A DNA stretch of 62,348 bases, counting the filler, from Sluysia triapertura (lineage: Eukaryota): NCBI GenBank assembly GCA_046118255.1. It is 5 parts of 5 records of this genome, joined end to end, with 100 filler letters (N's around TTAATTAATTAA, not from the genome) between each part and the next. Parts side by side here need not be neighbours in the genome. Positions count along the whole stretch, not along the records: positions 1 to 13,211 come from JBJNIA010040025.1; 4 more parts are not named here. One strand, given 5' to 3'. Shown here one piece after another: positions 1-11,999 of the stretch. Numbering within the stretch: position 1 is the stretch's first letter; each line of letters begins with the position of its first letter. The notes beneath the pieces are model-generated. The model saw only the letters and a list, made by a program, of their open reading frames with translations. It was not told where the DNA came from and made no database searches. Position numbers and translations under genes: made by a program.

Positions 1-2766
1 TTATCAAGGTTTCAAGAATACTTAAAGGTTAATAAGGTCTTAAATGATCTAAAGGTTCTAAAGTTCAAAAGGTACCTCATTTCTCCAAAAGTTTTTCAAA
101 TCCATCTCAAGCTCCCACAAGGTCTCGAACCCTTATATAGGTCTTTGGAACCTTAAGATATTCTTTAGCTCTTAAGATTATTATAAAAGTTTTCTTTCTT
201 GATTCTTTTTTCAACAATGTTTATAGTACTTCATCTATCACTTCTCATCAATTCTTTCTTCATTTGTAATTCTATATATCTTTTACTCGTTTCCCAAACC
301 AAATTTGGACAATCCCAACAATAATATAATAACAATAATAATAATAACAACAATAATAGTAATATTTTGATTAATATGTTAAATACTTATTTTTGTATTT
401 TGACTTGTGATTTTAGAAGTCTTTAAAAAGATGTTTAAAAGACTTCGTTTTATTTTTTCACTTTCGTTACAGAAAAGGACGCTGAATTATGCATCTGACT
501 TACTAAGTGAATAACATCCTTTAAGCAGTTGATTTGAAGAACCAAAATTTCCAAGATAATCAATCAAAACTATCTGCGCGGCATAGTGTATCCAAATGAT
601 CCACACTGTATATAGTAATAAGAATATCTTGCGCTGGGTCTGGTAATAAACGATTCAGTATTTCATATAGTAATAAAATCGCATGATTTGAGTACAATTT
701 TTGTTTTTAAGATTTTCAAAAATTATTGTAATGTTGTGCCTTAAACAAAAATTAATGATTTAATTTCTTTTAAATTAACTTTAAATTCAAGGCTTAATAA
801 ATCAAAATTAAATTGCGATACAAATACTATAATTAAACAATTATCACAAACAAATCCAATTTCACAATTATCGATTAATTCTAGTAAGTCTAATATTCGG
901 AATCCAAATTCATGGATAATTATTGTCCCTTGTTTTGTAAAATTCTTAAGTATTCCATTTATACTTTCTCATAATACAATAACTCCTGAATTTCACAATT
1001 AAACAAATTTCTCTCACACAAATAATTACAACATCCTTTGAGGATTAGGCCGACAAGAGATTTGACAATTACTTGGTACGGCTTGTACCTTATTAGGTAC
1101 AGAACAAAAAAATTGATTAATGATTAACTAATATTTTATTTAACTCCACTCGATCTTTTTACTTAAATTACTTCTCACATAAAAATTAAACATCATTAAT
1201 AGTGTCAACATACATAAAAATAATGAATTTAACTTCAGTTTTTAGAATTCAATCTATTTTCATCTTTCAAATTAAATTTTCTCATTATCAGACAAAACAC
1301 TCCACAAATATTTCAAATATTCTTCTTTCATAGCAATAATCACATTCAATTCATCAGCCTTTCATTATTCTAAATATTAAAAAATTATATTTGAGAATTA
1401 AAATTTAACTTTGTTCACTATAAAGCTTTCCTTGCATGAACTCGGTCGAACTATGCCTCAATCGAAAGACCTTTTAAAAACAAATACATTCACAATTACA
1501 ACCTTGACATAACATTCCACATTCAAATATTATTCAAGAAACGTATATTTCCTCATTTAAATTAATTAATCTACTTTTAGTTTTTATGTAAATGTTGTTT
1601 AGTACTTTATAAAGTACTTAAGGCTTTAGATGCTTTCACCTTCACTATTCTGAATCATTTTTCTCATTATTAATGCACCAAATTTATCTGTAATACTAGC
1701 AACGATGATTTTATCTCTTGATTCTGTCTCAATAGCTCACCAGGGTACTCAAACACTAATGAAGGATTCAGATCTTAAATGGTCTTTTATTGCTTAAAAG
1801 CATCGTCTTACTTCAAGCCTTCCAAGTACAAGACAATATGAATAATTGTGGTTTTTTGAATCATGTCGCAACCTTTCTTGCTAAATCCATTTATTCGAAT
1901 AAGATTTCCTTCACCACTCAGAATTATCTCCGAAAAAAACTCATTATCATTATCGTTTATAGGATATTCATATTCTAACACTTGAGTTTTTTCTTATTGA
2001 TTTGGTTCACTTTTATTTCTTATTAAGTGGTATATATTTCTATTTATATAGATGAGCACAATTCTAAATTTTACATTTTATTATTCTTTTGAGAACTCTT
2101 ATTAGTCAAAAGGAATTTATCATTTCGAAAGCTTTATTGTTAAATATCTTTACTATACTTTAAATTTGCTCCTTGACATGATGCACTCATCACATAAATG
2201 AATAACATGCATGCGAAACCTTCTAAAATTATTACAAAAAACTTTTAATAATTATTTTAATTTTGTTAGCTTATAAATTGAAAGATAAATTACCTTTGCA
2301 ATGTTATATACGAGATTCTCAGTTTGCATTTGTTAAAATATAAAATTTATTTTGATACTTTTTATTTGTCTAATTATATAACGTATCGTTAAAAAGAAAT
2401 CGAGTAAATCGCCTATTATCATCCTTCATACTAATGTATCTGGTAAATAACTACAACATATTGTGAATATAATTTATATTATCAATATCGAATTCAAAAT
2501 AAGTAATCAAATACACTTAGAACAAAGCTTTTTAAATATTTCATATTTCAGTAATTTAACATTCACCGCAACTAATTGTATATTTTTTAAATATACTACT
2601 TGGTTTATTATAGTTGATTTAAATATTTCTATTTTTAAACAGGAAAAAGAACCCAATCAAAAACTTATTTCAATGAACATATCAGAAATTATAAAAAATT
2701 TATTTATAAAAAATAAAATACTTCAAAATAATGTTTAGACTAGGTATTATTAATATCACATACTAA

Positions 2767-3057
2767 TTATTTTCCGAGTCTTCTAACAACCCATAATTGC
2801 TGACATAAGGGGCAATTATTATTCTTTTTGATCCATTGCGAAATACAACAATTATGAAACACATGATTGCATTCACCCCAAACCAAAATGCAGTCATCTA
2901 AACGATTATCATTTTGACAATGAACACAAGGTTCCATTACACCATTACGACAAATTGCGCAATTTTCGCTAGTACATTCCCAACTCCATAAGCCAACTAA
3001 GTTCCATTTTTTGAGAGTAAACAAACTCTTTGGTTCATTACATGAACTTTCGGACAT
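2767..3057 (-). CDS. RNF7: RING-box protein 2 (RBX2/SAG/RNF7), RING-H2 subunit of cullin-5 E3 ligases; intronless CDS
   Basis: Intact 96-aa ORF with FTLKKWN..LWSW..CAICR..C..C..C..VWGECNH.FHNCC..W.K.NN.CPLCQQ.WVV.R.GK; the WGECNHxFHNCC and CPLCQQxWVVxRxGK end fit RBX2 rather than RBX1. Confidence 0.95.
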   Translation of the reverse strand: MSESSCNEPKSLFTLKKWNLVGLWSWECTSENCAICRNGVMEPCVHCQNDNRLDDCILVWGECNHVFHNCCISQWIKKNNNCPLCQQLWVVRRLGK

Positions 3058-4329
3058 TAATTTAATGTACTAAACTAAATATAAAAAGATAAGCAATATA
3101 AAAATTAAACTTGAAATTATTAAACTTAATGATTAAATTATTTACAAAAATCATGTGAGTAAATATTGAAATCATTACTTGTATTAAACCAGATAATTAC
3201 TTAAAATTAATATTTCATTCATAAAAATATAATAAATAAAATTTTTAAATAATTAAAACAAAGCATAAATATTTAAAAAATGTAAATTTCGGTAATGATA
3301 TTTAACTTCCACAGAAATTGTATATATTTAAAATCCTTTAAACTGTCAAGGTAAAAAATTGAATTACCTGAAATTATAAATTACATCTAATAATCATTAT
3401 AATAGCAGCAGCAATAATATTTTAGGGTTAATAACTTTACCTGTTAAAGCTTAGTATAATGATTTAATACCATGCTTGTTTTAAATAGTATTTAAAGAAT
3501 TTTTAAATGCAAAAATTTGCTATTTAACCATTAAACAAAAAATCATTAAAAAATTACTATGCAAAAAATCGTACGACAAAAATTTGTCTACCACAAGTGA
3601 ACATTTCTATAGAAAATAAAATTAAATTTTATAAACACCAAATTTGATAATCCAGATTTAATTAATTTGATCATTTTGATTCAGTTTACACTATAATGGT
3701 CGTAAGGCGTTTATTTTGATTAATTTAGTTATATTAAGAAAGAAAAATGAAATGGAAAAGTTTGATGAGATTCTGACTTAAAGACCTGCGAATTGTTATT
3801 AAATTTGTGAATTGGAGAAAACTTTAATTTTATTAAAATTAACAAACAAAAACTATAATTAAAATTAACACAGAAAAATAAAATTAAATAACTAAAGTCG
3901 AAATGTATTGAGCGCGAGCAAAAAACATAAATTTAATGTTCATGCAACCTGTCGTTCCTAACTTCGTAAGAATTTCGAATACACGTTGCAACAAGTCAAC
4001 ACGAGTTCTGAACCTGTAGTAATCGCACCAGAATTTTGAGTCTGTCCTGCAAAGAGTGGCCATTGAGATCACACAATCCATAACTTGTGGAGAGAGAGAC
4101 TCGAATTAGCATAAGCTTTGACTCTATTAGATAGGATGTAATGAGTCTTTCTACTGACAGACTCTTTAAGATCCATATTTGAAAAGATATGTTGAGCATT
4201 GATAAGTTCACAACATCGAATCAAATGACTAAAAGATAAAAGTTAAAAATAAAAATTATAAAGAATGATATAAGACAAAAAAAAACTTAGATGTTTGAAC
4301 AATAGAAATCCGTCTTGTAAATCGCCGAC

Positions 4330-4582
4330 AAGATCCAAAGACAACCTTGTTATCTTCTTCTGCAGTTTTCACGGATTTTATATCAAAATTTTCTAAATTC
4401 ATTCCAACGATCGGCGTCGTTTTTGCATCACCTTAGGCAACTTTTTGAAAATGAACACATTGATAAGTTAAAATTAATCTGTGAGCTTGAATCTCTAAAT
4501 TCGTAATTCTGCTGGTAACATCGGTCAGAATTTTTTCTCTTTGAAAGTCAAGTATAAACGAGTTTCTTTCTTCCACATAACT
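4330..4582 (-). pseudogene. BTB/POZ-domain pseudogene fragment
   Basis: Manual translation: DFQREKILTDVTSRITNLEIQAHRLILTYQCVHFQKVA*GDAKTTPIVGMNLENFDIKSVK (TDVT..AHRLIL..F signature, internal TAA); decayed coding-like sequence continues to about 3884. Confidence 0.7.
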
Positions 4583-4881
4583 TTAACATTTTTCAACATT
4601 CAAAAATTTTTTAAACATTAACAAAGAATTGAATATTAAAACAAGAACTTAAAAAACATCATAATCACATAAAGTCATTAATATTTTACATCAAAATTTT
4701 ATTTACGGATATTTTTGCAATACAAGTATGTATGTCACCTGCAAAATTTAATACATATACAACTCGAAATAGATAAAATGTGAATGAAACAGAGCAATTA
4801 AATTGATATAATTCATAAGAATTGGAATTTTAACTTGAATAAGAAAAACATTTTTTATTTTACTGACATTTTATTATGTAG

Positions 4882-5020
4882 ATGACCAAACCTGAACAAA
4901 ACGCTGAAGAATTCCGAAATGGTTGTGTTTATAATTTTCAAGAATTAACTTCGTGTTAAGTCATTGAAATAAATTTTATTTTCATCATAGCACGCATTCG
5001 TACTCATGTACAGTATTTAT
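4882..5020 (+). pseudogene. Decayed ORF of unknown family upstream of motif pair 5310/5509; similar to 54761-54900
   Basis: CVYNFQELTSC*VIEINFIFIIARIR aligns loosely with CVYKC*KIFSLDFSLECYILIIRIR at 54761-54900. Confidence 0.3.
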
Positions 5021-5309
5021 AAATTTATAAATTTATAAATTTTCCTTCTAAATATCCTTCAGTAAATCAAGTAGATAGTCTGATTAAGTTTGATCAATCT
5101 AATTATTGTTGAAATAATTTTAAAATACAGACATATACATGATAAACAACAGGGAGAATTAGAATTCTAGGCGTGTTGCCAAAATGGACGAAGAAGGCGA
5201 TATCAACCAGAACACCTATGATTCATTTATCATTAATATAATTTGTAGATTACAATGATTTTATATATTGCAAGAAATGATTGTGGAGAATAAATATAAA
5301 TTAATTAAT

Positions 5310-5361
5310 GTGAGTTCACCAACGTACTGGACTTACCAGCGAGGGCCAGCTGTTGGATTTT
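5310..5361 (+). ncRNA. Candidate structured RNA motif M, copy 1
   Basis: GTGAGTTCA CCAACG TA CTGG ACTTAC CAGCGA GGG CCAG C TGTTGG ATTTT; P1 CCAACG/TGTTGG, P2 CTGG/CCAG. Confidence 0.55.
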
Positions 5362-5508
5362 AACGTAAGAAAAAGATACTTAACTTTAAACTATGGAGAT
5401 TTTACCTAACTCCTTAATTCTGGAAGTAAATTCTTGAAAATTTAATTATATGTCAAATGTTCGGTTTTCTTACTACTCGAACAATTATGAATAAATTTTT
5501 TAAGTTGT

Positions 5509-5562
5509 TGGGTCCGCCTACGCTAAACGATTTACCTATAATGGGCGTTCACGTATGATTTT
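5509..5562 (+). ncRNA. Candidate structured RNA motif M, copy 2
   Basis: TGGGTCCG CCTACG CTA AACG ATTTAC CTATAAT GGG CGTT CA CGTATG ATTTT; P2 AACG/CGTT covaries with copy 1. Confidence 0.55.
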
Positions 5563-6122
5563 AAAGCTTTGTCAAATAATAGCTGAAGGTCACAAGAATA
5601 CTATGTTCTTTATCTTTTCTTTAGAAAACATATTCTTTAATTTATATTTTTAATTCTGTATTTCAAATTCTTTATACTATAAAAACCTTTTTACTTTTAA
5701 TTTATATTTACTAGTAACAAATTACAGTTTTATGAACCTTATTCAATGACTCAATTACTTTATCAAAAATCTTTAATCTTTTTATCTTCTTTAATATATC
5801 TTAATATATTGTTTAAAATTTTATCTTAGTTCCTTTATATGTTTTAATTCAAACTTTTTATTTCACACTTGTTAATTTAATTATTCTTCTAAACTTTATT
5901 TAGTAATTCTTTAATTGCGAAAACTTAATAAATCTTTTTAATCAAATTCTTACTCGTAATGATAACAAAGAAAAAACAAGGTAGTCTCTGAACTTTTATT
6001 AATAACAACTTTTAACTATATAAAAAATTATTAATATACACAAACGAAATATACAAAAGACTCAAATAATGATAACGCAATAAAATATAATAAAAATATA
6101 TATATATTTCAATTTTGAGTAT

Positions 6123-6185
6123 GATTTTGACCCAGAAGTTACTTTTGGGTTTTTGCTAAAATGTTTATAAAGATTTTAAGTAGAA
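6123..6185 (+). other. Conserved downstream hairpin motif C
   Basis: GATTTTG ACCCAGAAG tta CTTTTGGGT ... AAAATGT ... GATTTTAAGT; homologs near 16752, 23640, 31900, 33036, 55693. Confidence 0.55.
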
Positions 6186-7262
6186 TATTAAGACCGTTAA
6201 CAAATCGGGTCGAAAATCTTAACATTAAAAGCTTACTTAAAATTTAATAAAAAGGTTGTCTGCTGGTTTCCACTGAATACGATTGAGCCAAATATTACTG
6301 AATGCGACCAAGTTAAATTGGAATAATTGTGAGTTAAATCAAAGCGTACGTAATTACCAAATTTGTAAATTGAACAAATATATTTTATCAAATCGACCAA
6401 AATATATCGAACCAAGTATATAGAACCAATTATAAATCGACCCAATTATATCGAACCAAAATTTCAAATCGTTATTCAAAATTAATTTTAAAAAAATTCC
6501 TCCTTTTATTTGTGCTTGTACAAACTTCTGTATCTATAAATTGTTATTCCTCTTAAATAGTAAATCCAGACCTTTTATACTAATTTGACGTTTGATTGAC
6601 TGATAATATTTTAATTAAATGTTTATTTAAATATTAGACTTCCTTTTTTCAAATATATTTTGTATAAACATAGATATTCGATTAAATAAATAATTTAATT
6701 TAAAATTTTACCATATCCGTTTGACTTAATTATGAACAATTAAATAAATACAGTCATGTTTTACTAAATTATAAACAATTTATTTCCTTGATTCTGATTT
6801 ATAATAAAATTATAAATTTATTTTCTTAATGCTAAATAAAATTAATACTTTTAATAATTACAAAAATTTCTTTAAAATTTAATATTTCTAATTTGTTATA
6901 TACAAAAATATAATTACAAAAATTTCTTGCTAAGATTATTTTATTTACAATACGAATGCACATTTATCCCTCATTTTAATATTTTTTCACTATTTCAAAG
7001 TACTTAAGTCATAACCTTTACACTCTATTAACATCTTCAGTTACAAACATTATTCCATCTTAACATTTAATCTCCATACACCATCAAAGATACCTAGTTT
7101 GTTTAAATAGATTGTAATATCTTCAGAAGGTAAACACATAAAAGAAAGATCATGTGTAATTCACAGAACCAGAGAATTTATGCGTTTTTAGGATAATAAT
7201 AATGATAATATTTTATTATTATATTATTATTACCATTTTTATTTTTATTAACTTTATTTATT

Positions 7263-7410
7263 AGGTAACTACCACTACCAGTGGTGACTGTATTAATTTA
7301 CATTTACAGTCAATGTCACCGCTGATAATTTGTGTGTCTATTGGCCATCCAACCAAAACAAGTATCACTGATTTAATCAGTACAATACTTCTGGTTGGAT
7401 GACCAATCAA
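7263..7410 (+). promoter_or_regulatory. Double-hairpin / CCAAT-rich repeat E, copy 1
   Basis: CAGTGGTGAC..GTCACCGCTG hairpin followed by TTGGCCATCCAACCA..TGGTTGGATGACCAA hairpin; homologs at 12000-12192 (+) and 21110-21285 (-). Confidence 0.5.
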
Positions 7411-7606
7411 TACTTACTTTTTTACCATTGAGAATTTCTATGCTATTATTGTACAAGCAGTCAATAATCACAATATCTAAAAATTATTTTCTCAATTACA
7501 ATAGTCATACACTAGTTAATTTGGTAACAATTTTACGGTATGAAAAATTTTTCAACTAAAAGATTAACATTACGGATATTTATTGTACATTAAATAACCA
7601 ATTATT

Positions 7607-7840
7607 ATGGATATTCCTACGTCTTCATGTAGTTCTGACTATGCTTGTTCTGATAATAAAAAAGATCATGACTACAGAGCTAACCATTATAAAGATGATG
7701 AATCACAAGGCAATTTATGTCAAACTCGTTGGCTACATGCGGATTCTGATGCGTCTATTTGATACTGACAAAGAAGGAATTTGTGTCAAATAAGGGAACG
7801 GCTGTAATTATGCCCATACAGTAGAAGGACTGATGAATTC
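7607..7840 (+). pseudogene. Unkempt-type CCCH zinc-finger pseudogene, copy 1
   Basis: MDIPTSS..NHYKDDES, then frameshift to YMRILMRLFDTDKEGICVK*GNGCNYAHTVEGL, resembling the Unkempt finger pattern YKT..C..ETD..G.C.KNG..CAFAH. Confidence 0.55.
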
Positions 7841-8032
7841 GTACACCAATTCGTTACTAAACATCAATCATCTTTACTGGATCGGTAACATCCTAAGATC
7901 CTTCGAAACATCAAAATCTGATACGATTTTGATAAGGATGTAATTAAATTTTACACTGATAATAATATTATAATTTTTTAGTTTTTTTAGATAGCGGAGT
8001 GGGACATACTACTCGGGACAGTATTTTTATCT

Positions 8033-8034
<2 letters not shown>

Positions 8035-8067
<33 letters not shown>
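8035..8067. repeat. (TA)n microsatellite
   Basis: Perfect TA run. Confidence 0.95.
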
Positions 8068-8070
<3 letters not shown>

Positions 8071-9134
8071 TCGAATAAAATTTTGTGTTAATTTTATCTA
8101 TTACCGTATGTTATAAAGTTTAAAATAATATTTTTAATGAACCAATTTTAAAATATAAAAAACCCCAACACAATATACGTAAGGTATTAAATAAATTATA
8201 ATCCAATATTATTAACAATGCAATTTCATGTGACAAAATAATGTTACTATTTTAGAAGTTAGAAGAAAATATTTCAATTATAATAAATAAAATTTCTTGT
8301 TGTTTAATCACAAAAAAAGACAATAAAGAATTTAAAAATAAACACAATAAATAGAAAATAAACAAATAAATAATCTCGAATAAAAAAATTAAAATTTAGA
8401 TTTTTTAATTTTAATTAAATTTTTAAATAAAACATTTGATATTATATTTTTTTTATAATTAAATCTAATAAATAACTAATCAATATTATTAAATATTAAT
8501 TTGAAATACAGAAAATGTTTTCTTAATTGCAAATATTCAGTTAAGCATGTAATTAAATTAGTATTTTTTGAATTAAAAATTAATTTATAATTAATTTATA
8601 ATTAATTTATAATTTATATATAAACTTGATTAATGTTGAACGGAACGATATATCAATCTAGAATTTGTTGCTAGGTTTAAACAATTATAAATATGATCGT
8701 TTATTTAGTAAATCATTCTTTACCTTTCGATTAGCATTTTTTAATGTTTGACAATGATCATTTTTAAGAATAATTTAATTAATACTTATTTTAAATAATA
8801 ATGATAATAATACAATTCAAAACTTAATAAATCTAAGGAATTTGCTAAGTATTTATTTTGAAAAAGAATCTTCTTCAATAAAGCATACATCGATAGAAAC
8901 AGAAGACATGTTTGAATACAAATTTTATAAATTATATCTGTGTATTTCTGAATCAATTGTTGTCTAAGCATTAAGAATATCTTATAGAAAGTTTGGAAAA
9001 TTATGTATGATTAATTTTTGAGTAGGAAAGTACATATTTATTTGTTGATTTAGCTGATTGGTGTCGTTACAATACTTATGTCATTGTAAATTCTTATTGT
9101 GATCACAGTACGAACAAATTATATTATTAATTTC

Positions 9135-9335
9135 TGTTTTGTTAGGTTGTCATCACAACCCTATAAAATCATTTACATAGTCATAATAACACTTTACAAT
9201 CATTGAAAAATTTTATTTTCCAAAAAAAGAAAATTCGCTTCTAAAAATAGATTAGACTTTTCTAAAATGTTCTAGAACGGTCCATCGATTTTCATTGACT
9301 GATGACTAGTATATAAACTAGCATCACTTTACTCA
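9135..9335 (+). repeat. Dispersed promoter/LTR-like repeat, homologous to 53170-53365 (-)
   Basis: TTGTTAGGTTGTCATCACAACC ... CCATCGATTTTCATTGACTGATGACTAG TATATAAA matches the reverse complement of 53170-53365. Confidence 0.6.
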
Positions 9336-9759
9336 GAATCGCCATTTTGAAGTTAGTCGCCATTTGCAATTTTTTCGTTTGGTATAATTTTTCAGCATCA
9401 TTGTTGACAATTTGGGAAATATCAACAGAAGAACAACTAATCAAAGTCATTCAATTTATTGGAAAATTAATTTTAGAAGTTGAAATTATAAAATCAACGT
9501 AAATTTTTAAATTATTTATAAATTTTGAAGTCCTCGATATATTGATGGATAATATACACTTCAATTAATAGATTAAACGCTGTTGAAGTTTTAATCCTTA
9601 AAATAACTTTTTATTATTTTCTTCTGTTTGTTTTTGGTATTTCGTGAATAAAGTTGTGTTTATTTAATTATGAAAAGATCTAGGATAAGTTATTAAAATT
9701 TCATAATTTGAGCATTTGTTAAAGACCCTAACTACAAAATATTTATATTTTAACGATTA

Positions 9760-9830
9760 TTGACGTTTATTGTAACCGGACCCTGCTCAAAAAATAATTT
9801 GACTTAGGTTAAGTGTTAGAAAAACACAGC
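9760..9830 (-). repeat. Motif D plus 5' half of motif M
   Basis: rc: GCTGTGTTTTTCTAACACTTAA..GCAGGGTCCG GTTACAA TA AACG; a further partial copy with the 3' half lies at 10218-10282 (-). Confidence 0.5.
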
Positions 9831-10296
9831 ATTTTAAACTAGCATCAGTTTAAAGTCATTTTGAAAATGTCTAGTTAAGTTATTTTTATTATGGTCAGTA
9901 CTATTAGTAAAATATTAGTATCATAAATACACGTAAATATTTCCATTTTTAAGTGAATATTTATTAAGTTTCCTCGATAAAATCCACGTAAAATTATTCT
10001 AAATGCAAATTAAAGATCATTGGTGGTTTAAATTTTAATAATTGTATGTTTTTGTTGCTACTTTATTCTTGGAATATTAAATTGTGAATTTATTGGTTCT
10101 TATTTTAGATTTAATAAATATATTGCATAAGCATTAAGTAAATACCCTAATTAACATTCGATCGATTAGTAGATCCGAATGATAAGATTAAAATTAAATT
10201 ATTTATTAAATTAGCAAGTTACATGAACATCCACTACACAGTATAAGACGTTCAGAAATATGCAGTGTTAGAAAAACTGCAACAGTTTATCAAATC

Positions 10297-10297
<1 letters not shown>

Positions 10298-10340
<43 letters not shown>
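10298..10340. repeat. (TAA)n microsatellite
   Basis: Pure TAA run; similar runs at 34943-35020 and 52138-52200. Confidence 0.9.
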
Positions 10341-11254
10341 CACAATAATAATAAATCAGGTAAACTAATCACATTTGATTTGTCTTATAATAATAATATA
10401 ATGATAATATTAAAATAATAATAATAATAATAAAACAAAACAATTATTTATTTACAAATATAAGTAATTTAGAATTTGATTTTTGAAAAATTTCTTATTT
10501 TTAAACAAAAAGATAAATAAATAAGTTAGTATCCAGCAAAACAATATGGATCAAAGTAGGGAAAATCCTCCAAAAAGTAAATACAAACAAACAAGAGAGA
10601 AAAAACTGGTTATGTAGCCATAATAAATGAACCATTGCATATCAATTATTATAGAATTTAGTCGGATAGTTAATAAGATGACAACAAAGGAGGGAAGCTG
10701 ATTATCTAATTGATAATTTATTTCTAGTTAGTATTATTATTATTAACCCCCTTAACAAGCTTGCACGAGTTAATTCGAGCGCTCTAAAAGGCCAAACTGC
10801 TCACATTCGAAATAAATGGAGTGTCCTAGAATAATGATAGTGTAATTGACTATAAAAAAACAAAATTGTTAGCTCAGTTGCTAGATCATCGAATGGCGCT
10901 GGAAGAAGAGCCCGGGTCAGTCCATTATTATTTGTTGAATTTAGTGAATTTATATGAAGATCATTGTTTCGTATATTTTACGATTTAACGTCTTATTTTA
11001 TATAATAGTTTAGTGTCGTAATCTTTTTAGATGGTTAGTTGTTTTGTGATTACAGAAAATAATATTGTGTTGACTGGATATTTATACAATTAATATATTT
11101 CCTCATTTTCAAATTATTATTATTATTATTATTATTGCAATGTTGGACTATGTGCGGTTATGAAAAATACATTCTGATCAAGAATACAAACCATGCAAAA
11201 AATTCCAGATAACAAAATGAATTCATTAAATCATTAGAAAAACAAATATCTCAG

Positions 11255-11612
11255 TCTCATTCGGTGAGATATTCTTCGTCATAATCGATCACTTCCTTCC
11301 ATCATTCTGGCAGTTTGTCAATCCCACGTTTGAAGAAGCTTGGTGATTTGTGGTCGAAAAATTCTTCAATCCACGTTGTTATTGCTTCCTCATGTACAAA
11401 ATATAAGACCAGAAAGATTGTTCGACATGAAGTTGATTCAGGAAATGTTCATTTTTATCTACCTGACACTCTATTTTAATTTGGGTAATGAAAGTGAAAG
11501 TTAGTCTAAAATGATTTAAATAGATAATTCAGCTGAATGAATTTAACTCAAGAAGTTGGTGTGTTTTCTTTGCATCAAATAAAACCGCACGAATTTATAC
11601 ACCGACTCAATG
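11255..11612 (-). mobile_element. Mariner (DD34D) deletion derivative
   Basis: rc translation EEAITTWIEEFFDHKSPSFFKRGIDKLPE*WKEVIDYDEEYLTE* is a mariner transposase C-terminus; mariner-type TIR ATTGAGTCGGTGTATAAATTCGTGCGGTTTT at 11581-11611. Confidence 0.85.
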
Positions 11613-11999
11613 CAAAAGAAAATTTTGAATAATTTTTATGAAATAAATATTACTATTATTATTATCGTTATTTCTGTTGAAAAAATAAAAATTAATATTT
11701 TTACTGATAAAATATCAATTACAAAAGAAAGATAATAAAAGTCGATGTACGAGTAAGATTGTAATACTCCATTCTTATCGGCAATGTGGATTAAAATCCA
11801 AAATTACTGTTAAAATTTTGATTGTTTTTGTATTTTTAGCCAAATCAAGGTTATAAAAGGTTTTTTTTAAATAAAAAAATGATTTTTTTGACGGATCTTT
11901 TTCAAAAAACGTGTGCATTAATTAATTTTGCGTTTTGTCGTAACTCATTGTTGTGTAACCAATTTACGAAATATTGAGTAATCAACTGTGTAGCTTTCA

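Noticed and set aside
1-2400. Retrotransposon RT remnants on the minus strand (also 47200-48050)
   Set aside because: Coding-like skew but no convincing RT, RNase H or integrase motifs by eye
4882-5020. GIY-YIG endonuclease of a Penelope-like element
   Set aside because: Only CVY and RIxxH fit; no YIG motif and no recognisable RT, so left unassigned
5310-5361. Motif M as U1 snRNA or SL RNA (ACTTACC), tRNA B-box (GGTTCG), pistol or HDV ribozyme
   Set aside because: No U1 stem-loops or cloverleaf; the helix order does not match HDV; no downstream CCCUAA partner as pistol requires
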